Source: Nitrospirota bacterium
GTDB lineage: Bacteria; JACPQY01
Length of the DNA stretch: 64,000 nucleotides
Reading direction: 5' to 3'
NCBI GenBank assembly: GCA_016180645.1
Contig: JACPAV010000016.1
Span: 62,001 to 126,000, forward strand
Positions 29,076 through 38,337 of this stretch are shown here, one piece after another (position 1 is the first letter of the stretch; each line of letters begins with the position of its first letter). The notes below the pieces were generated by a model that saw only the letters and a list, made by a program, of their open reading frames with translations, did no database searches and was not told the DNA's origin. Both the position numbers and the translations under genes were made by a program.

Positions 29076-31114
29076 AGCTCGCACCTTGGAAACTTTGTCG
29101 GATCGCACTCGTCGGGAGGTACCTGGTCCTCCCTGCAAGTGTAGTATGTAGCGCAAGGCCCGGTGGCTTGGGAGGGATCGTTGTTCGGGCACGGATCGAA
29201 GCACGCGTTTTGGCATGTCTCAGCCATCGTCTCGGAACCAATCTCGGTGACTGGCACCTTCGACTTCTGTTCTTCAACGCAGAGATGGATCAGTTCATGC
29301 AGCAAGGTGGGTTCCCAACGGTTTTTGCCCGCCTGCTCCTTGCATACAACGGCCTGATTACCCCCCGACCAGCCGCTGAAACCCGGGCACTCCGGGTCGG
29401 AATTATCATGGCAGGCAATCTTGGCCCCGCCGCTCGACGGATCCCCCGACAATCTCTTGACGCATTCCGCCAGATTTCCGTGGAGGCAATCCTGCCCATT
29501 CTTCTGCGGCGGGTCTGTCTTCCACGTCTTCTGGAGGCACGCCACGCGGTTTTCGCATTGGGACTGATCGGCTTGGCACGGGTTGTCGGCTTCACAGGAG
29601 AATGCCCGCCTTGGGGCCAAGAGGTCGTGCTCCCATTCGGGCCGCTCCGGCGCGAGGGTCGGAGGTCCCAGCTTCAAGTACCCCTGAATACTGCTCAGCC
29701 TCGCCTCCGACGCCACCCTCGTCCATCTCAATCCCGCCATCTCCAAACTCTCCCTCCCCTCCGGCATCCGCTCCACCTCCAATTCAACGGCCACAGGAGG
29801 CAACTCCCATTCCATCGATCCCCCGGCGTGACAAACATAGGGACTGTCCTCCTTTTGAGGATCAACCACCTCCGCTCCCGGCACGCACACCAGCGCTCCC
29901 CCAGTGGTCGGGTACACCCCGTTGAGCCTCACCCCTTGCTCCTCCACCGCGGGCGTGAAGGACATCGCCGTCTCCACGTCGATCGGAGGATAGGCCACCA
30001 CCATCAACGCCGAAACCGCCTCCGCCGGATCTCTCCAAGGCCCCCTCCCGGAAACCAACCGGGACGGCGCCATCCCCGGACACCCCCCCGGAGGGGCAAA
30101 ATCGGATGAAGCGCGAGCCTTCAAAATCACGTCATTGTGATACCACCAGTCATAGCCGGTCCCAACGTCCGGGTGACAGAATCCCCCAAAGGCGTCCCAC
30201 TGAAGATGCACGGACGTCTCCTCAACCGCCCCGGCGTCACAGGCATATTTGATCGCATCCGCGCAGTCGGAAAACGTGTAGTCGGTCCCCGGCATGGCGT
30301 TGTCATGGAAGGACCACTCCAAGCAGCCCCGTTGCGTCCCATCCGATTCAAGGTCCGCCGTCACGTGAATCACTTCGTCCACCACCCGAGGCTCTCCCGG
30401 CACGCAGCCCCCACCAACCGGGTCCGGGTACGCGGGCGTGTCCCCGCGGGTATGCACCTCAAACCGATGGTCGCAGTGGAACGACGTCGGCATGAAGGGA
30501 CCCTCCGCACCTCCCGGAACCCGCACCGGCGCCTGAGCAGGCTGAGGCTCGGCCGGGACCACCCGAACCACAAGAGGAACCGATCGAACGGAGCAGCCCT
30601 CCTTCGTCAGCGCTCCCAGCGTCACCAGATAGTTCCCCGGTCCAACGGGGACCGCGTGGGCCGTCACCGACCCCTCCACCCCCACCGGCACCGTCTCCAC
30701 CGGCGGCTGACCGGCATCCGACTGCCAGAGGGTAAACACCTCCTCCAACTTCTCAATCGGCAGACCCATCACCCGAAGGAAATCCCCCGCACGAACCCTC
30801 AATCGAAGAGGAGAAAGGGAGTAATGCGTGGAAGTGGGACAAGCCGGAACGCCAGCCAACAGTGTGCCGGAGGGATCGATCCCCTTCGTCCCCATGGGAT
30901 CAAGGGCCGATTCACCCACGAGTTGATCCCCTCCGATCCGCTTCGAACCTTCGCCCGGAGGAGAGTCCTTCCCCCCACACCCGGAAGGAGACAGGTGAAA
31001 CACCGCGCTTAGGCTCATGGCCATAAGAAGAGTGACACGTGACGCAAGACTCGAAAGACATTTCTCTCTCCGGCGTTCACGTGCAACATTCGACGTTCCA
31101 TCAGCCCCCGCCAT
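29072..31114 (-). CDS. Exported protein with C-terminal Cys-rich HEXXH metallopeptidase-like domain
   Basis: Hydrophobic N-terminus ending SGC-GG; EPTLLHELIHLC followed by SETMAETCQNACF; ~17 Cys in the last ~175 aa. Confidence 0.7.
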   Translation of the reverse strand: MAGADGTSNVARERRREKCLSSLASRVTLLMAMSLSAVFHLSPSGCGGKDSPPGEGSKRIGGDQLVGESALDPMGTKGIDPSGTLLAGVPACPTSTHYSLSPLRLRVRAGDFLRVMGLPIEKLEEVFTLWQSDAGQPPVETVPVGVEGSVTAHAVPVGPGNYLVTLGALTKEGCSVRSVPLVVRVVPAEPQPAQAPVRVPGGAEGPFMPTSFHCDHRFEVHTRGDTPAYPDPVGGGCVPGEPRVVDEVIHVTADLESDGTQRGCLEWSFHDNAMPGTDYTFSDCADAIKYACDAGAVEETSVHLQWDAFGGFCHPDVGTGYDWWYHNDVILKARASSDFAPPGGCPGMAPSRLVSGRGPWRDPAEAVSALMVVAYPPIDVETAMSFTPAVEEQGVRLNGVYPTTGGALVCVPGAEVVDPQKEDSPYVCHAGGSMEWELPPVAVELEVERMPEGRESLEMAGLRWTRVASEARLSSIQGYLKLGPPTLAPERPEWEHDLLAPRRAFSCEADNPCQADQSQCENRVACLQKTWKTDPPQKNGQDCLHGNLAECVKRLSGDPSSGGAKIACHDNSDPECPGFSGWSGGNQAVVCKEQAGKNRWEPTLLHELIHLCVEEQKSKVPVTEIGSETMAETCQNACFDPCPNNDPSQATGPCATYYTCREDQVPPDECDPTKFPRCEL

Positions 31115-31139
31115 GCCATGCGATTAACACCCCTCAGGC

Positions 31140-31268
31140 GCCGGCCGTCCTGGCCAGCGTTTCATGGGCGAGTGCCGCACCCCATCGCCGAGGACGGCAG
31201 GTGCCACGATAGGAGACACCGCAGGATGCGGTGCATGTCGCGTGGCCATCCGTGGCCGGCACACTTTC
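31140..31268. repeat. Nested hairpin element containing a 64-bp relative of the 67-bp MITE (31182-31245)
   Basis: CC-CCATCGCCGAGGACGGC...CACCGCAGGATGCGGTG..CGTGG-CC inside GTGCCG..CCGGCAC. Confidence 0.6.
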
Positions 31269-31293
31269 GTGAATTGTAAGTGCGTCTACCAAA

Positions 31294-31367
31294 ATGCGTA
31301 GGGGAGGGTCTTCAGACCCTCCCGACAAGAGGGAGCATCTGAAGATGCTCCCCTACGAATCGGCATT
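31294..31367. repeat. GTAG-type REP doublet
   Basis: GTAGGGGAGGGTCTTCAGACCCTCCC..GGGAGCATCTGAAGATGCTCCCCTAC; inverted copy at 34143-34212. Confidence 0.9.
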
Positions 31368-31460
31368 CCGTTAGACGCACTAGGTCGTGAGTCGAAACCC
31401 CACACAGGAATGTAATCATGTGGACATGGGGTCATGTGGTCAAGCAGCCCACTAACGCGC

Positions 31461-31488
31461 TTGACTTGGAAGCGTTGCGGCCTAGAAT
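31461..31488 (+). promoter_or_regulatory. Putative sigma70 promoter
   Basis: TTGACT-N16-TAGAAT upstream of comM. Confidence 0.55.
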
Positions 31489-31561
31489 CCAGGCATCGAC
31501 ATGTCCATACGGGGGATCTCGCCGGGTTTGCCGCCTCACGGCCTTCAGGGGTAGGGACCGC

Positions 31562-33091
31562 ATGCTGGCCAAGGTTCTCTCTGCGTCCGTAGTGGGAATC
31601 GATGCCTTTGTCGTGGAAGTTGAAGTCGATCTCGCCCTGGGACTGCCCAACTTCGCGACGGTCGGTCTCGCCGAAGGGGCCGTTCGCGAAAGCAAGGACC
31701 GCGTGAAAGCGGCCATCAAGAACTCGGGGTACGAGTACCCCAATCGAAAGATCACCGTCAATCTCGCGCCCGCCGATGTGAAGAAGGAAGGCTCGCACTT
31801 CGATCTGCCGATCGCGCTAGGATTGCTCGTGGCGCAGGATGCCATCCAAGGCGATGGTCTTTCCCAATACATGCTCATCGGCGAGCTCTCGCTCGATGGC
31901 GCGCTGCGTCGTGTTCAGGGCTGTCTTCCGATGGCCATCACGGCGGGCGAGAAAGGTTTCAAAGGCGTCATCGTACCGGTGGAGAACGGCCCCGAGGCCG
32001 CCGTCGTGAAAGGCATCGATGTGATCCCCGCGCGGTCCCTCCCTGAAGTCGTCGAGTTTCTCGCCGGGCTGAAGCCGATCCAGCCCCTTCCCCATGGCGC
32101 GGCCTCCCTCGCCGAAGCCCCCACCGACTATTCGGTCGATTTCAACGAGGTCCGCGGACAGCACCACTCCAAGCGAGCCCTCGAAATCGCCGCTGCCGGA
32201 GGCCACAACGTCCTCATGATGGGTCCACCGGGAACGGGGAAGACGATGCTCGCGATGCGCCTGCCCACCATCCTTCCCCAGATGGGATTCGAGGAGGCCT
32301 TGGAAACGACGAAAGTGTACAGCGTGATGGGCCTCCTCCAAAACGGCGAAGCGATCGTCACGCGCCGTCCCTTCCGATCCCCCCACCACACGATTTCTGA
32401 TGCGGGGCTTGTGGGCGGCGGTCAAAATCCCAAGCCGGGCGAGGTCTCCCTTGCCCACAACGGCGTGCTCTTTCTGGATGAGCTTCCCGAATTCCGGCGG
32501 AATGTGCTTGAAGTCCTCCGACAGCCGATGGAAGATCATCGCGTGGTTATTTCGCGCGCCACCGCGTCCGTTGCGTATCCTTCGAGGTTCATGCTCGTGG
32601 CCGCCTCCAACCCCTGCCCTTGTGGCTTCCTCCTGGATCCGCACCGGGCGTGCACATGTTCGCCCACCCAGGTGCACAAGTACCGGTCGAAGCTGTCCGG
32701 CCCTCTGATGGATCGCATCGACCTGCACATCGAAGTCCCTGGGGTGGCCTTCAAGGATCTGAGCGGACTTTCTCCTGGCGAGCCATCGGCCGCCATTCGC
32801 GAGCGCGTGGAAAAGGCGCGTACCGTGCAGAAGGAACGCTTCAAAGGGAAAAGGATCTACTCGAACGCCCAAATGAACAGCCGGATGATCAAGAGGTTCT
32901 GCGAAACGGATGCCGATGCGCAAGGGGTCCTCGAAGCGGCCATGGAAAAGTTCAATCTCTCCGCCCGCGGTTACACCCGCATTCTGAAGGTGGCCCGGAC
33001 GATTGCGGACCTCGAGGGCGCCGAACACATCCGGGGAACGCATATCAGCGAAACGCTCCAGTACCGGATGCTGGATCGGTTTCTGAACTGA
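31562..33091 (+). CDS. comM: YifB/ComM-family Mg-chelatase-like AAA ATPase
   Basis: MLAKVLSA..VEVEVD, ITVNLAPAD, GPPGTGKTMLA, RPFRSPHHT, GEVSLAHNGVLFLDE, NPCPCG. Confidence 0.93.
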   Translation: MLAKVLSASVVGIDAFVVEVEVDLALGLPNFATVGLAEGAVRESKDRVKAAIKNSGYEYPNRKITVNLAPADVKKEGSHFDLPIALGLLVAQDAIQGDGLSQYMLIGELSLDGALRRVQGCLPMAITAGEKGFKGVIVPVENGPEAAVVKGIDVIPARSLPEVVEFLAGLKPIQPLPHGAASLAEAPTDYSVDFNEVRGQHHSKRALEIAAAGGHNVLMMGPPGTGKTMLAMRLPTILPQMGFEEALETTKVYSVMGLLQNGEAIVTRRPFRSPHHTISDAGLVGGGQNPKPGEVSLAHNGVLFLDELPEFRRNVLEVLRQPMEDHRVVISRATASVAYPSRFMLVAASNPCPCGFLLDPHRACTCSPTQVHKYRSKLSGPLMDRIDLHIEVPGVAFKDLSGLSPGEPSAAIRERVEKARTVQKERFKGKRIYSNAQMNSRMIKRFCETDADAQGVLEAAMEKFNLSARGYTRILKVARTIADLEGAEHIRGTHISETLQYRMLDRFLN

Positions 33092-33096
33092 TTCCC

Positions 33097-33789
33097 ATGG
33101 AAGCACCCCCCCCGCACCTGCGCCCCGCTGCAATCGTAAGCGGCTTACTCTGGCGACCATTCCAAACTCTGGGAAAACTCAAGGCTCAGGACTACGTGTC
33201 CACCCCCGTCGCCTGGCTCCTCCTGGTCGGTTGGAGCGCCGTGGAGGTCCTCACGTGGATGTGGGCCGGCCTGCGCCACGACGGCAATTCACTCAAGGTT
33301 CTTTGGATTGGAGAGTTCATCTCTCCGCATGAGCATCTACGACTTTCAGCCGGAGCGGAGTTCCTTCTGCTGCTTGTCTTCAAGGTCTGCTGCGATCTTG
33401 CGCTCATCCTGATCTCGCACCGGCTCGCCGTCCACCGGCTGAACGCGAAGGAGGGGGGCCTGGGGAGGTGGTTCAGGTGTTACTGCGTCCTGATGGGCGT
33501 ACTCGACATCTACTTCGTCTTCACCGCGCTCATCGCGCTGCTGCCCGGCGACGCGCAGACGGCGATGTCGGCTTCGCACGCCGCCCTCGCCATGTGTCTC
33601 GCCTGGAACATCGCGGTCTTCACGCGGGCGTATGGACAGGTGTATGGACTGTCGGACGATCGGGCCTTCAGAGGATTTTTCCTTGGGATCATCGTGATCC
33701 CGGCGAGCCTACTCCTGATTTTCGCCGCCTCGGGCGTGATCGCGTCGCTCGACCGCGCCTTCTGGCATCTGCTCACGCCGCCGGATTAG
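33097..33789 (+). CDS. Membrane protein (Yip1-like, ~5 TM)
   Basis: Hydrophobic 3' part of ORF 32620..33789 from ATG 33097, 5 nt after the comM stop; LLWRP..L N-terminal motif. Confidence 0.65.
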   Translation: MEAPPPHLRPAAIVSGLLWRPFQTLGKLKAQDYVSTPVAWLLLVGWSAVEVLTWMWAGLRHDGNSLKVLWIGEFISPHEHLRLSAGAEFLLLLVFKVCCDLALILISHRLAVHRLNAKEGGLGRWFRCYCVLMGVLDIYFVFTALIALLPGDAQTAMSASHAALAMCLAWNIAVFTRAYGQVYGLSDDRAFRGFFLGIIVIPASLLLIFAASGVIASLDRAFWHLLTPPD

Positions 33790-33969
33790 AGCCTATCCCA
33801 AAACCCGGCGGAAGCGGAGCGGGTTTCGCGGAGCCTAAAGGCTCCGCTACAGGCGAAAAACAGCTTCTCCGTAGCGGGCCCTCGCTGCCGCCCGGCTCCG
33901 AACTCGTTCGGGGCCGCGGCCGCACTCGAAGACGTGTCAGGGTCCGCGATACGTTTTGGGACAGGCTCT
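33788..33969. mobile_element. 182-bp MITE with 17-bp terminal inverted repeats
   Basis: AGAGCCTATCCCAAAAC ... GTTTTGGGACAGGCTCT (16/17 match), internal hairpins; the left end completes the TAG stop of the upstream gene. Confidence 0.8.
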
Positions 33970-33979
33970 GAGCTCGACT

Positions 33980-34144
33980 TTTGCCATTTCTCCATGCTGT
34001 GTGAACCTCACTTCACGAGGGAAGGCCATTTCTACGCCGTGAATTTTGAGACAGGAGCCGTTTTCCGGTCTCGTTTCAAAATTCATCGCTCAGAATCTCG
34101 CTCGGATGGGAAGGTATCTTCAGACACCGTTCAAGAATGGCAAA
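33980..34144. repeat. Nested inverted repeats
   Basis: TTTGCCATT...AATGGCAAA outer pair; TGAATTTTGAGAC...GTTTCAAAATTCA inner pair (34040-34085). Confidence 0.55.
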
Positions 34145-34339
34145 TGCCGATTCGTAGGGGAGCATCTTCAGATGCTCCCCCTTGTCGGGAGGGTCTGAAG
34201 ACCCTCCCCTACTTGCTCCCTCTTGTCGGGAGGGTCTGAAGACCCCCCCCTACTTGCTCCCCCTTGTCGGGAGGGTCTGAAGACCCCCCCCTACTTGCTC
34301 CCTCTTGTCGGGAGGGTCTGAAGACCCCCCCCTACGCAT
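34143..34339. repeat. REP doublet with one arm amplified as four 41-bp tandem copies
   Basis: TTGTCGGGAGGGTCTGAAGACCCYCCCCTAC at 34182, 34223, 34264, 34305. Confidence 0.92.
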
Positions 34340-34358
34340 CATGACCAACATAAACCTT

Positions 34359-34943
34359 TCAAAAAATGGCAAAAGTCGATCTTAGAACGAAACCGGCGTT
34401 AAGCAGGAGAAGCATCTCCACGCCCACGTAGCCGAAGGCGCGGGGCATCTGATACCAACTGAACGGCCACCAGAGCGGCAGGCGCGGCTCCGGAGCATCG
34501 GTGGCGTCCCAGAACACGTGGGTGGCGACGGCTGTGAAAAGGATCCATCCCCATGACGCCCGCCCCGTCACGACCCACCCGACCAGGCCCAACCCGGCCG
34601 CGAAGACCAGACTGTGCGTCACCGGCGTTTCCGTATTCATGACCTTCATGAAGTCGAAAGATCCCGCCACGATGATGTGATCGGCATCGATGGCCGTGGC
34701 CGCGAGGTAGCTCACCGCGATGGAGATCCCCGCGCCGAGTCCCAAGGCTCTCGCGACGCTCCGGTTGATCGCAACGGCCATGAGTCCCTCGAAGACCATG
34801 GTCTCGATCACATTCCGGCCATAGCCTGGGACGGCGACCAGGTTCAACCTCCACAGTTCGCAGGCCGCCGCAAGGGCCGCCAGGGCGCACTGATCGAGGA
34901 AGAAGCCTCTCCACCTGGGCGTAACGCTATTCTCCAATGTCAT
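34359..34943 (-). CDS. Membrane-bound metal-dependent hydrolase (YdjM-like)
   Basis: IDADH, THSL, ATHVFWD, LWWPF motifs in a hydrophobic protein. Confidence 0.8.
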   Translation of the reverse strand: MTLENSVTPRWRGFFLDQCALAALAAACELWRLNLVAVPGYGRNVIETMVFEGLMAVAINRSVARALGLGAGISIAVSYLAATAIDADHIIVAGSFDFMKVMNTETPVTHSLVFAAGLGLVGWVVTGRASWGWILFTAVATHVFWDATDAPEPRLPLWWPFSWYQMPRAFGYVGVEMLLLLNAGFVLRSTFAIF

Positions 34944-34981
34944 TGTGGTTTTCCGGAAACGCCGTGAAGCGATATCCCGAA

Positions 34982-35087
34982 GGGAGATTGCTTCGCTTCG
35001 CCCCGTTCAGCGGGGCTTCGCTCGCAATGACCTGGCGTGGGTGTCATTGCGAGGGTCGGGGGTCCTGGCCCGGCCCGAAGCAATCCC
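34982..35087. repeat. CGTC/TGTC-type palindromic repeat pair
   Basis: GGGAGATTGCTTCG...CTCGCAATGAC and TGTCATTGCGAG...CGAAGCAATCCC. Confidence 0.85.
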
Positions 35088-35111
35088 AGCCAAGACGGGT
35101 CCCAAAGACCC

Positions 35112-36884
35112 TCATCCGCGGAAACGGTTCGTCAGCGGCATTCGACGGTCCCGCCCGAACGCCTTCGGCGTGATTTTCACCCCGGGAGCGGCCTGGCGCC
35201 TCTTGTACTCGCTCCGCTCCACCAGCCCGGCCACCCGCTCAACCAGCTTTCGGTCCTGCCCCGAGCGGGCGATCTCATCCACGCTCCGATCCTCCTCCAC
35301 ATATTGCTTCAGAATGGGGTCGAGCACTTCGTAGGGTGGAAGGGAGTCCGTATCCTTTTGATTCGCCCGAAGCTCAGCCGTGGGCGCCTTTTCCAACACC
35401 CGATCGGGAATCACCCCACTACCCGAAACGCCGCCGGAGGCGGCGGTGAGTTTTCGGCCCGTCGGGCCTGTTTCGGGTGGTGGGGTCACCGGTCCGATCG
35501 TATTCCGGTAACGTGACAACCTGTACACGAGGGTCTTTGGGATGTCCTTGATCACGGCGAACCCCCCGGCGGTGTCCCCGTACAAGGTGCAGTATCCCGT
35601 GCTGATTTCACTCTTGTTGCCCGTGGTGAGGACGAGCCGGCCGAATTTGTTCGAGAGGGTCATCAAAAGCGTTCCCCGGATACGAGCCTGGAGGTTTTCC
35701 TCCGCCTCCGACGGCGGGAGCCCGGCGAAATCCCGGCTGAGCACTTCCAGCATGGCCTTGAAAGGCGGTTCGATGGGAACGATCCGGAAATCGATCCGGA
35801 GCCGATCGGCCAGTTCTTTCGCATCCACCACACTCTCCTCCGAAGTGAACCGCGAGGGAAGCGCAAATCCGACCACGTTTTCGGAACCGAGCGCATCGGC
35901 GGCGATCGCGGCCGTCAGAGCCGAATCAATCCCGCCGCTCAGGCCGATGAGGACCTTGGTGAAACCATTCTTGCGCACATAGTCTCCGGTCCCCATCACC
36001 AGCGCTTTGTAGATCTCCGCCTCCTCCTCGAGCGCGTCGAGCCGGGCCGGCGCCAAAGCCGGGCGGGATATCGGCGCACCCAGCCTGAAGTTGGCGCATC
36101 GGAGCCTTCCGGGCCTCCCGTACGGACGCTTTGACTCGAACTCCATATCCACCACCACGAAATCTTCCTCGAACTGGAGGCCCCGCGCCACAACGCGGCC
36201 AAAGGGATTCACCACCAGACTGTGCCCATCGAACACGAGCTCATCCTGGCCGCCCACGCAATTGCAGTACAGTACCCAGGCGCGCCCCGCCTTCGCCCAT
36301 CCCTTCAAAAGCTTGAGACGCTCGTGCACTTTCCCGGCATGGTACGGGGAGGAGGAGAGATTGAGCAGCAGCTCGACCTTTCCCTTCTCACAAAGAGCCC
36401 TGCACGGCCCTTCCGGGCTCCACAGGTCCTCACAAATGGTCACACCGGCTCGGATCCCGTTGAGCGAGAGGACGAGCGGCTGCGACCCCTCGGAAAAATA
36501 CCGCTTCTCGTCGAACACCCCATAGTTGGGAAGGAGGATCTTGTGGTAGACCGCGTGGACGCTTCCGGCACGACACACGGCCGCCGCGTTGTACCGCTTC
36601 TGCCCCTGAAGATGTACGCACCCGATGAGGACGATCGTGCGGCGGGTCTCCCGCGCTGCCTTCCAAACGGCGGCAAGGCTCGACTCGACGAACTTCTTCT
36701 TGAAGAGCAAGTCCTCCGGGGGATATCCGGTCATCACCAGCTCCGGGGTCAGGAGAACATCGGCCCCCATGGATTCGGCCCTTCGAATGGCGTCCCGCAC
36801 CTTGCGCGCATTCCCTTCAAGATCGCCCACGGTCGGGTTGATCTGCGCCAAGGCCACCCGAAGAGTCTGAGCCGATTTCTTCAT
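35112..36884 (-). CDS. nadE: Glutamine-dependent NAD+ synthetase (with in-frame MITE)
   Basis: Nitrilase domain (PEL, YHK, ICED), GLSGGIDS, ENLQARIRG, TGNKSE, PTAELR, YKRRQ. Confidence 0.97.
   Translation of the reverse strand: MKKSAQTLRVALAQINPTVGDLEGNARKVRDAIRRAESMGADVLLTPELVMTGYPPEDLLFKKKFVESSLAAVWKAARETRRTIVLIGCVHLQGQKRYNAAAVCRAGSVHAVYHKILLPNYGVFDEKRYFSEGSQPLVLSLNGIRAGVTICEDLWSPEGPCRALCEKGKVELLLNLSSSPYHAGKVHERLKLLKGWAKAGRAWVLYCNCVGGQDELVFDGHSLVVNPFGRVVARGLQFEEDFVVVDMEFESKRPYGRPGRLRCANFRLGAPISRPALAPARLDALEEEAEIYKALVMGTGDYVRKNGFTKVLIGLSGGIDSALTAAIAADALGSENVVGFALPSRFTSEESVVDAKELADRLRIDFRIVPIEPPFKAMLEVLSRDFAGLPPSEAEENLQARIRGTLLMTLSNKFGRLVLTTGNKSEISTGYCTLYGDTAGGFAVIKDIPKTLVYRLSRYRNTIGPVTPPPETGPTGRKLTAASGGVSGSGVIPDRVLEKAPTAELRANQKDTDSLPPYEVLDPILKQYVEEDRSVDEIARSGQDRKLVERVAGLVERSEYKRRQAAPGVKITPKAFGRDRRMPLTNRFRG
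35414..35485. mobile_element. 72-bp MITE with TCA target duplication inside nadE
   Basis: TCA-CCCCACTACCCGAAAC...GTTTCGGGTGGTGGGG-TCA; net 75 bp. Confidence 0.85.
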
Positions 36885-38275
36885 GTCCGTTTCCTTCTCA
36901 GCGTGTTTCGATGGATGCCCAGGATTTCCGCGGCCTTCATCTGGTTCCCCCGCGTATGCTCCAGCGTCTCTCGAATCAGCATGTCGTCCAGCTCAGCCCT
37001 GAATCGATCGGCCAAACCGCTCTCGCCGGCCTTCAGGCGCTCTTGGACCTCTCTCGACAGCCCCACCCTCCAATCCCCTCCCGGTCTTCCAACGCCCGAT
37101 TGCACCTGGTCCGGCAGCAAATCCGGCGTGATAGGCCGCTCCCGATGAATGGCCACGAGTTTCTTGATCAGGTTCTTCAGCTCGCGGACATTCCCCGGGA
37201 ACTCATAGCGGGCAAGGGCATCGATCGCCTCGGCGGTCGGACCGCCGCCTCGGAGACGGTTTTCCCGCAAGGCCTCCTCTGTAAACATTCGGACGAGGGG
37301 GGGAATATCGGGCCGTCTCTGACGCAACGGCGGGATGGAGATCTCGATCACGGCAAGCCGATAGTACAAATCCTCGCGGAAGCGGCCCTGCCGAACGCGC
37401 TCCTGCAGGTCCGTATTCGATGCGCAAAGAACCCGCGCATCGACCTTCATGCTTCTGGAGGTTCCCAGCGGAGTGACTTCCTTGTCTTGGAGCACCCTCA
37501 AGAGCTTGGCTTGCGCATCCAGCGGAAGTTCGCCCACCTCATCCAGGAACAACGTTCCCCGATGGGCCATCGCAAATTTTCCCGACTTGCTGCGGTCGGC
37601 CCCCGTAAACGCTCCGCGCTCGTAGCCGAACAATTCGGCTTCCACCAGCCCCGCGGGGATCGCGGCGCAATTCACGCTCAAGAATGGGCCGTCCTTTCGG
37701 TGACTGTGTGTGTGGATCAGGCGGGCCACCACCTCCTTGCCGACTCCGCTTTCACCCGAGAGGAGGACCGTTTCCTCGGAGGACGCCGCTCGACCGGCCA
37801 GTTTGAACACATCCTGCATGGCGGGACTGACACCAATGACCGATTCCTGCTCAAGCCCCGGTTTCGGCACGGCTTCTCTTCCACGTCCCGCGCTTGCCGT
37901 CGGCCTCTGGACGCTGGACGCCACGGCATCCTTGACCACGGAACGAAGACGATCGATGTCGAACGGCTTCACGACGTAGTCGTATGCTCCCCAACGCATC
38001 GCTTCCATGACGAACGTGTGCTCCGCGTGACCCGTAATCACAATCACGTAGGGCGGATCCGGAAGGACCGAGATCTCACGAAGCAGGTCTATCCCCTTCG
38101 GTTCCGGAAGAAAGAGGTCCAGGAGGACCACGCCCGGCTTGAGCCTACGGATCTCAGGAAGCGCCTCGTCCGCCCCGGTCGCTTCATGAACGTCCAGACC
38201 TTCGGAGGCGAGCGCCTTGCGAATGATCGATCGCGCCGAGGGATCGTCGTCCACCACCAGGAGCCGGGCGCTCAC
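36881..38275 (-). CDS. Sigma54-dependent response regulator, NtrC-like
   Basis: Receiver (VVDDD, LLD, KPFD), GESGVGKE, GAFTGA, LFLDEVGE, Fis HTH RGNQMKAAEILGIHRNTLRRK. Confidence 0.93.
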   Translation of the reverse strand: MSARLLVVDDDPSARSIIRKALASEGLDVHEATGADEALPEIRRLKPGVVLLDLFLPEPKGIDLLREISVLPDPPYVIVITGHAEHTFVMEAMRWGAYDYVVKPFDIDRLRSVVKDAVASSVQRPTASAGRGREAVPKPGLEQESVIGVSPAMQDVFKLAGRAASSEETVLLSGESGVGKEVVARLIHTHSHRKDGPFLSVNCAAIPAGLVEAELFGYERGAFTGADRSKSGKFAMAHRGTLFLDEVGELPLDAQAKLLRVLQDKEVTPLGTSRSMKVDARVLCASNTDLQERVRQGRFREDLYYRLAVIEISIPPLRQRRPDIPPLVRMFTEEALRENRLRGGGPTAEAIDALARYEFPGNVRELKNLIKKLVAIHRERPITPDLLPDQVQSGVGRPGGDWRVGLSREVQERLKAGESGLADRFRAELDDMLIRETLEHTRGNQMKAAEILGIHRNTLRRKRT

Positions 38276-38337
38276 TCCGCAGCCCCAATTTGAGATTTGA
38301 GATTTGAGATTTGAGATCCAAGAGGGGGTGAGGCCAT
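38272..38337 (-). other. 21-aa bridging mini-ORF containing four 7-bp repeats
   Basis: ATG overlaps the kinase TGA (TGATG); MASPPLGSQISNLKSQIGAAE; its TGA overlaps the regulator GTG (GTGA); (TTTGAGA)x4 at 38289-38316. Confidence 0.55.

Noticed and set aside
34182-34335. 41-bp periodic array as a CRISPR
   Set aside because: The 10-nt linkers are near-identical, units are GTAG-type REP arms, and there are no cas genes.
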